A stretch of 63,076 nt of DNA, counting the filler, from Collodictyon triciliatum (lineage: Eukaryota), in NCBI GenBank assembly GCA_043381765.1. It is 19 parts of 19 records of this genome, joined end to end, with 100 filler letters (N's around TTAATTAATTAA, not from the genome) between each part and the next. Parts side by side here need not be neighbours in the genome. Positions count along the whole stretch, not along the records: positions 59,949 to 63,076 come from JBHJMP010007751.1; 18 more parts are not named here. One strand, written 5' to 3'. A program made the translations under genes and the position numbers. Within the stretch, counting starts at the first letter, position 1. Each line of letters begins with the position of its first letter. A model generated the notes under the pieces. The model ran no database searches and had not been told where the DNA came from. It saw only the letters and a list, made by a program, of their open reading frames with translations. Below, piece by piece: positions 61,823 through 63,076 of the stretch.

Positions 61823-62799
61823 TTAGCTCTTCAGCGCATTCAAGCGGGCCTGCATTTCTGCCATGTCTTCCTCCTCTTCCTCAGGAGCAGCCGATGCTTG
61901 TGCTCTGGCTCCTTGCTTCGCGCGCTGCTGTATGAGAATCATGCAAAGAAAGTGTGAGGGTGGTTGAATCGCCTTTATCTCTCATTTTACCCACAAGCGA
62001 GCGAGATACACACATCGAAAGGAATCACTGCTGTGGTATGTCTTCTTTTTACATAATATTGAAGTAAATATCAATATTAAAAGGGCAGTATATAATCGAG
62101 ACATAAGTCCATAGTAAGACGATGGAACGAATAGTACGGGCATGGAAATTACAATAAAAGACATGAAAATTATATAGCACGAAGGTAATACACAAACCGC
62201 CACTGGATTAGATAGACCCGCTGTGGATGAGGCCTCTCCAAGGACTTCACCCATGATTTTCTCGACTTCAACATCAGCATCCTCCTCCAAGGTGGGGTCT
62301 TCAAGGGCGTCATCCATCATCTCTTCGATGAATCCGGCCTGAATACATACAAGACGCCCAAATATCGGGAGATTGACTATTGATACTATACGCAAATCGC
62401 GAATGGATTCATATCCGAAAGTAATAAATTGATCAATTTTATAAGATTATCCTTTTTTTTTAAAAAAAAAAAAGTACACCTTCATCATTTCTTTGGACAT
62501 TGCTTGCATCGTTGTCGAAATATCATCAATTCGGATGAGTTGATTCATAGCTTTCATCACTGTGGCAGATTTTTGCATATGTCCAGCAACGCGGACAGTC
62601 GCTATTTTTCATTAATGCATTTGTTAACCAAAACAATGTTTGGATGTTTACGCAAAAAATTCTAGATATGTAGAGTTTGCAGTTTATTTGCATGTGACAT
62701 AACGATAACAGTTTCGTATGATTTTAATTGCGCACCGAGATTCTGCTGGATTTGCATCGAGACAGAGTTCATCTGAGCTTTTGCGTTGTAGAATCTCTC
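61823..62799 (-). CDS. CHMP3: ESCRT-III subunit CHMP3/Vps24, 5' partial
   Basis: KAQMNSVSMQ...VAGHMQKSATVMKAMNQLIR...MSKEMMK|AGFIEEM...EEDADVEVEKI...EMQARLNALKS*, with TAA at 61823-61825. Confidence 0.92.
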
Positions 62800-63076
62800 C
62801 TATAATTGTTTATACATACACTCAAGAAAAAAAGATTGCATAATTGATGAAAATATATTGATGTATATATTCAATCAGGTTTTGAATCTCCTCGATATTA
62901 CATTGGAACATATATAAATCACCTCGATTAAAAAAATGAAAAGATTCATCGAATCTAATCGCCTCGATATATTTCGTGGTTTTGTTTGTTTGTTTGTTTG
63001 TTTGTTTGTTTGTTTGTTTGTTTGTTTGTTTGTTTGTTTGTTTGTTTGTTTGTTTGTTTGTTTGTTTGTTTGTTTG

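Overview
This window is not a natural locus. It is a pseudo-scaffold of 19 short, size-sorted contigs (about 3.11-3.14 kb each) joined by 18 identical 100-nt spacers (N44-TTAATTAATTAA-N44), so neighbouring contigs are not physically linked. The DNA is from an intron-dense, microsatellite-rich eukaryote, probably a flagellated protist, that uses the standard genetic code. Recognisable spliced genes, mostly partial, include: cytosolic TyrRS, a phosphocholine/phosphoethanolamine cytidylyltransferase, an SREK1/SRSF11-like splicing factor, SPATA4-like, RAPTOR, a VARP/ANKRD27-like VPS9 protein, mitochondrial AsnRS, a tandem cNMP-binding protein, a membrane class III cyclase, GINS2 (start only), an SK-type K+ channel, an NPHP3-like STAND-TPR protein, METTL1/Trm8, a RING-TRAF zinc-finger protein, EMG1, two LRR proteins, a claudin-like protein and CHMP3. 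There are also two identical tRNA-Gly(TCC) genes. The main find is a decayed, intronless Fanzor1-type RNA-guided nuclease gene (8559-10527, minus strand) that still shows all three RuvC catalytic residues and is followed by a hairpin-rich candidate omegaRNA. Also notable: strict one-repeat-per-exon arrays in an LRR gene (11 exons of 66-69 nt) and a STAND-TPR gene (126-nt exons), a ~360-bp repeat attached to both tRNA-Gly copies, and a RING-TRAF protein with a MYCBP2-like Cys-rich tail. All family assignments come from reading motifs by eye; no database search was run.
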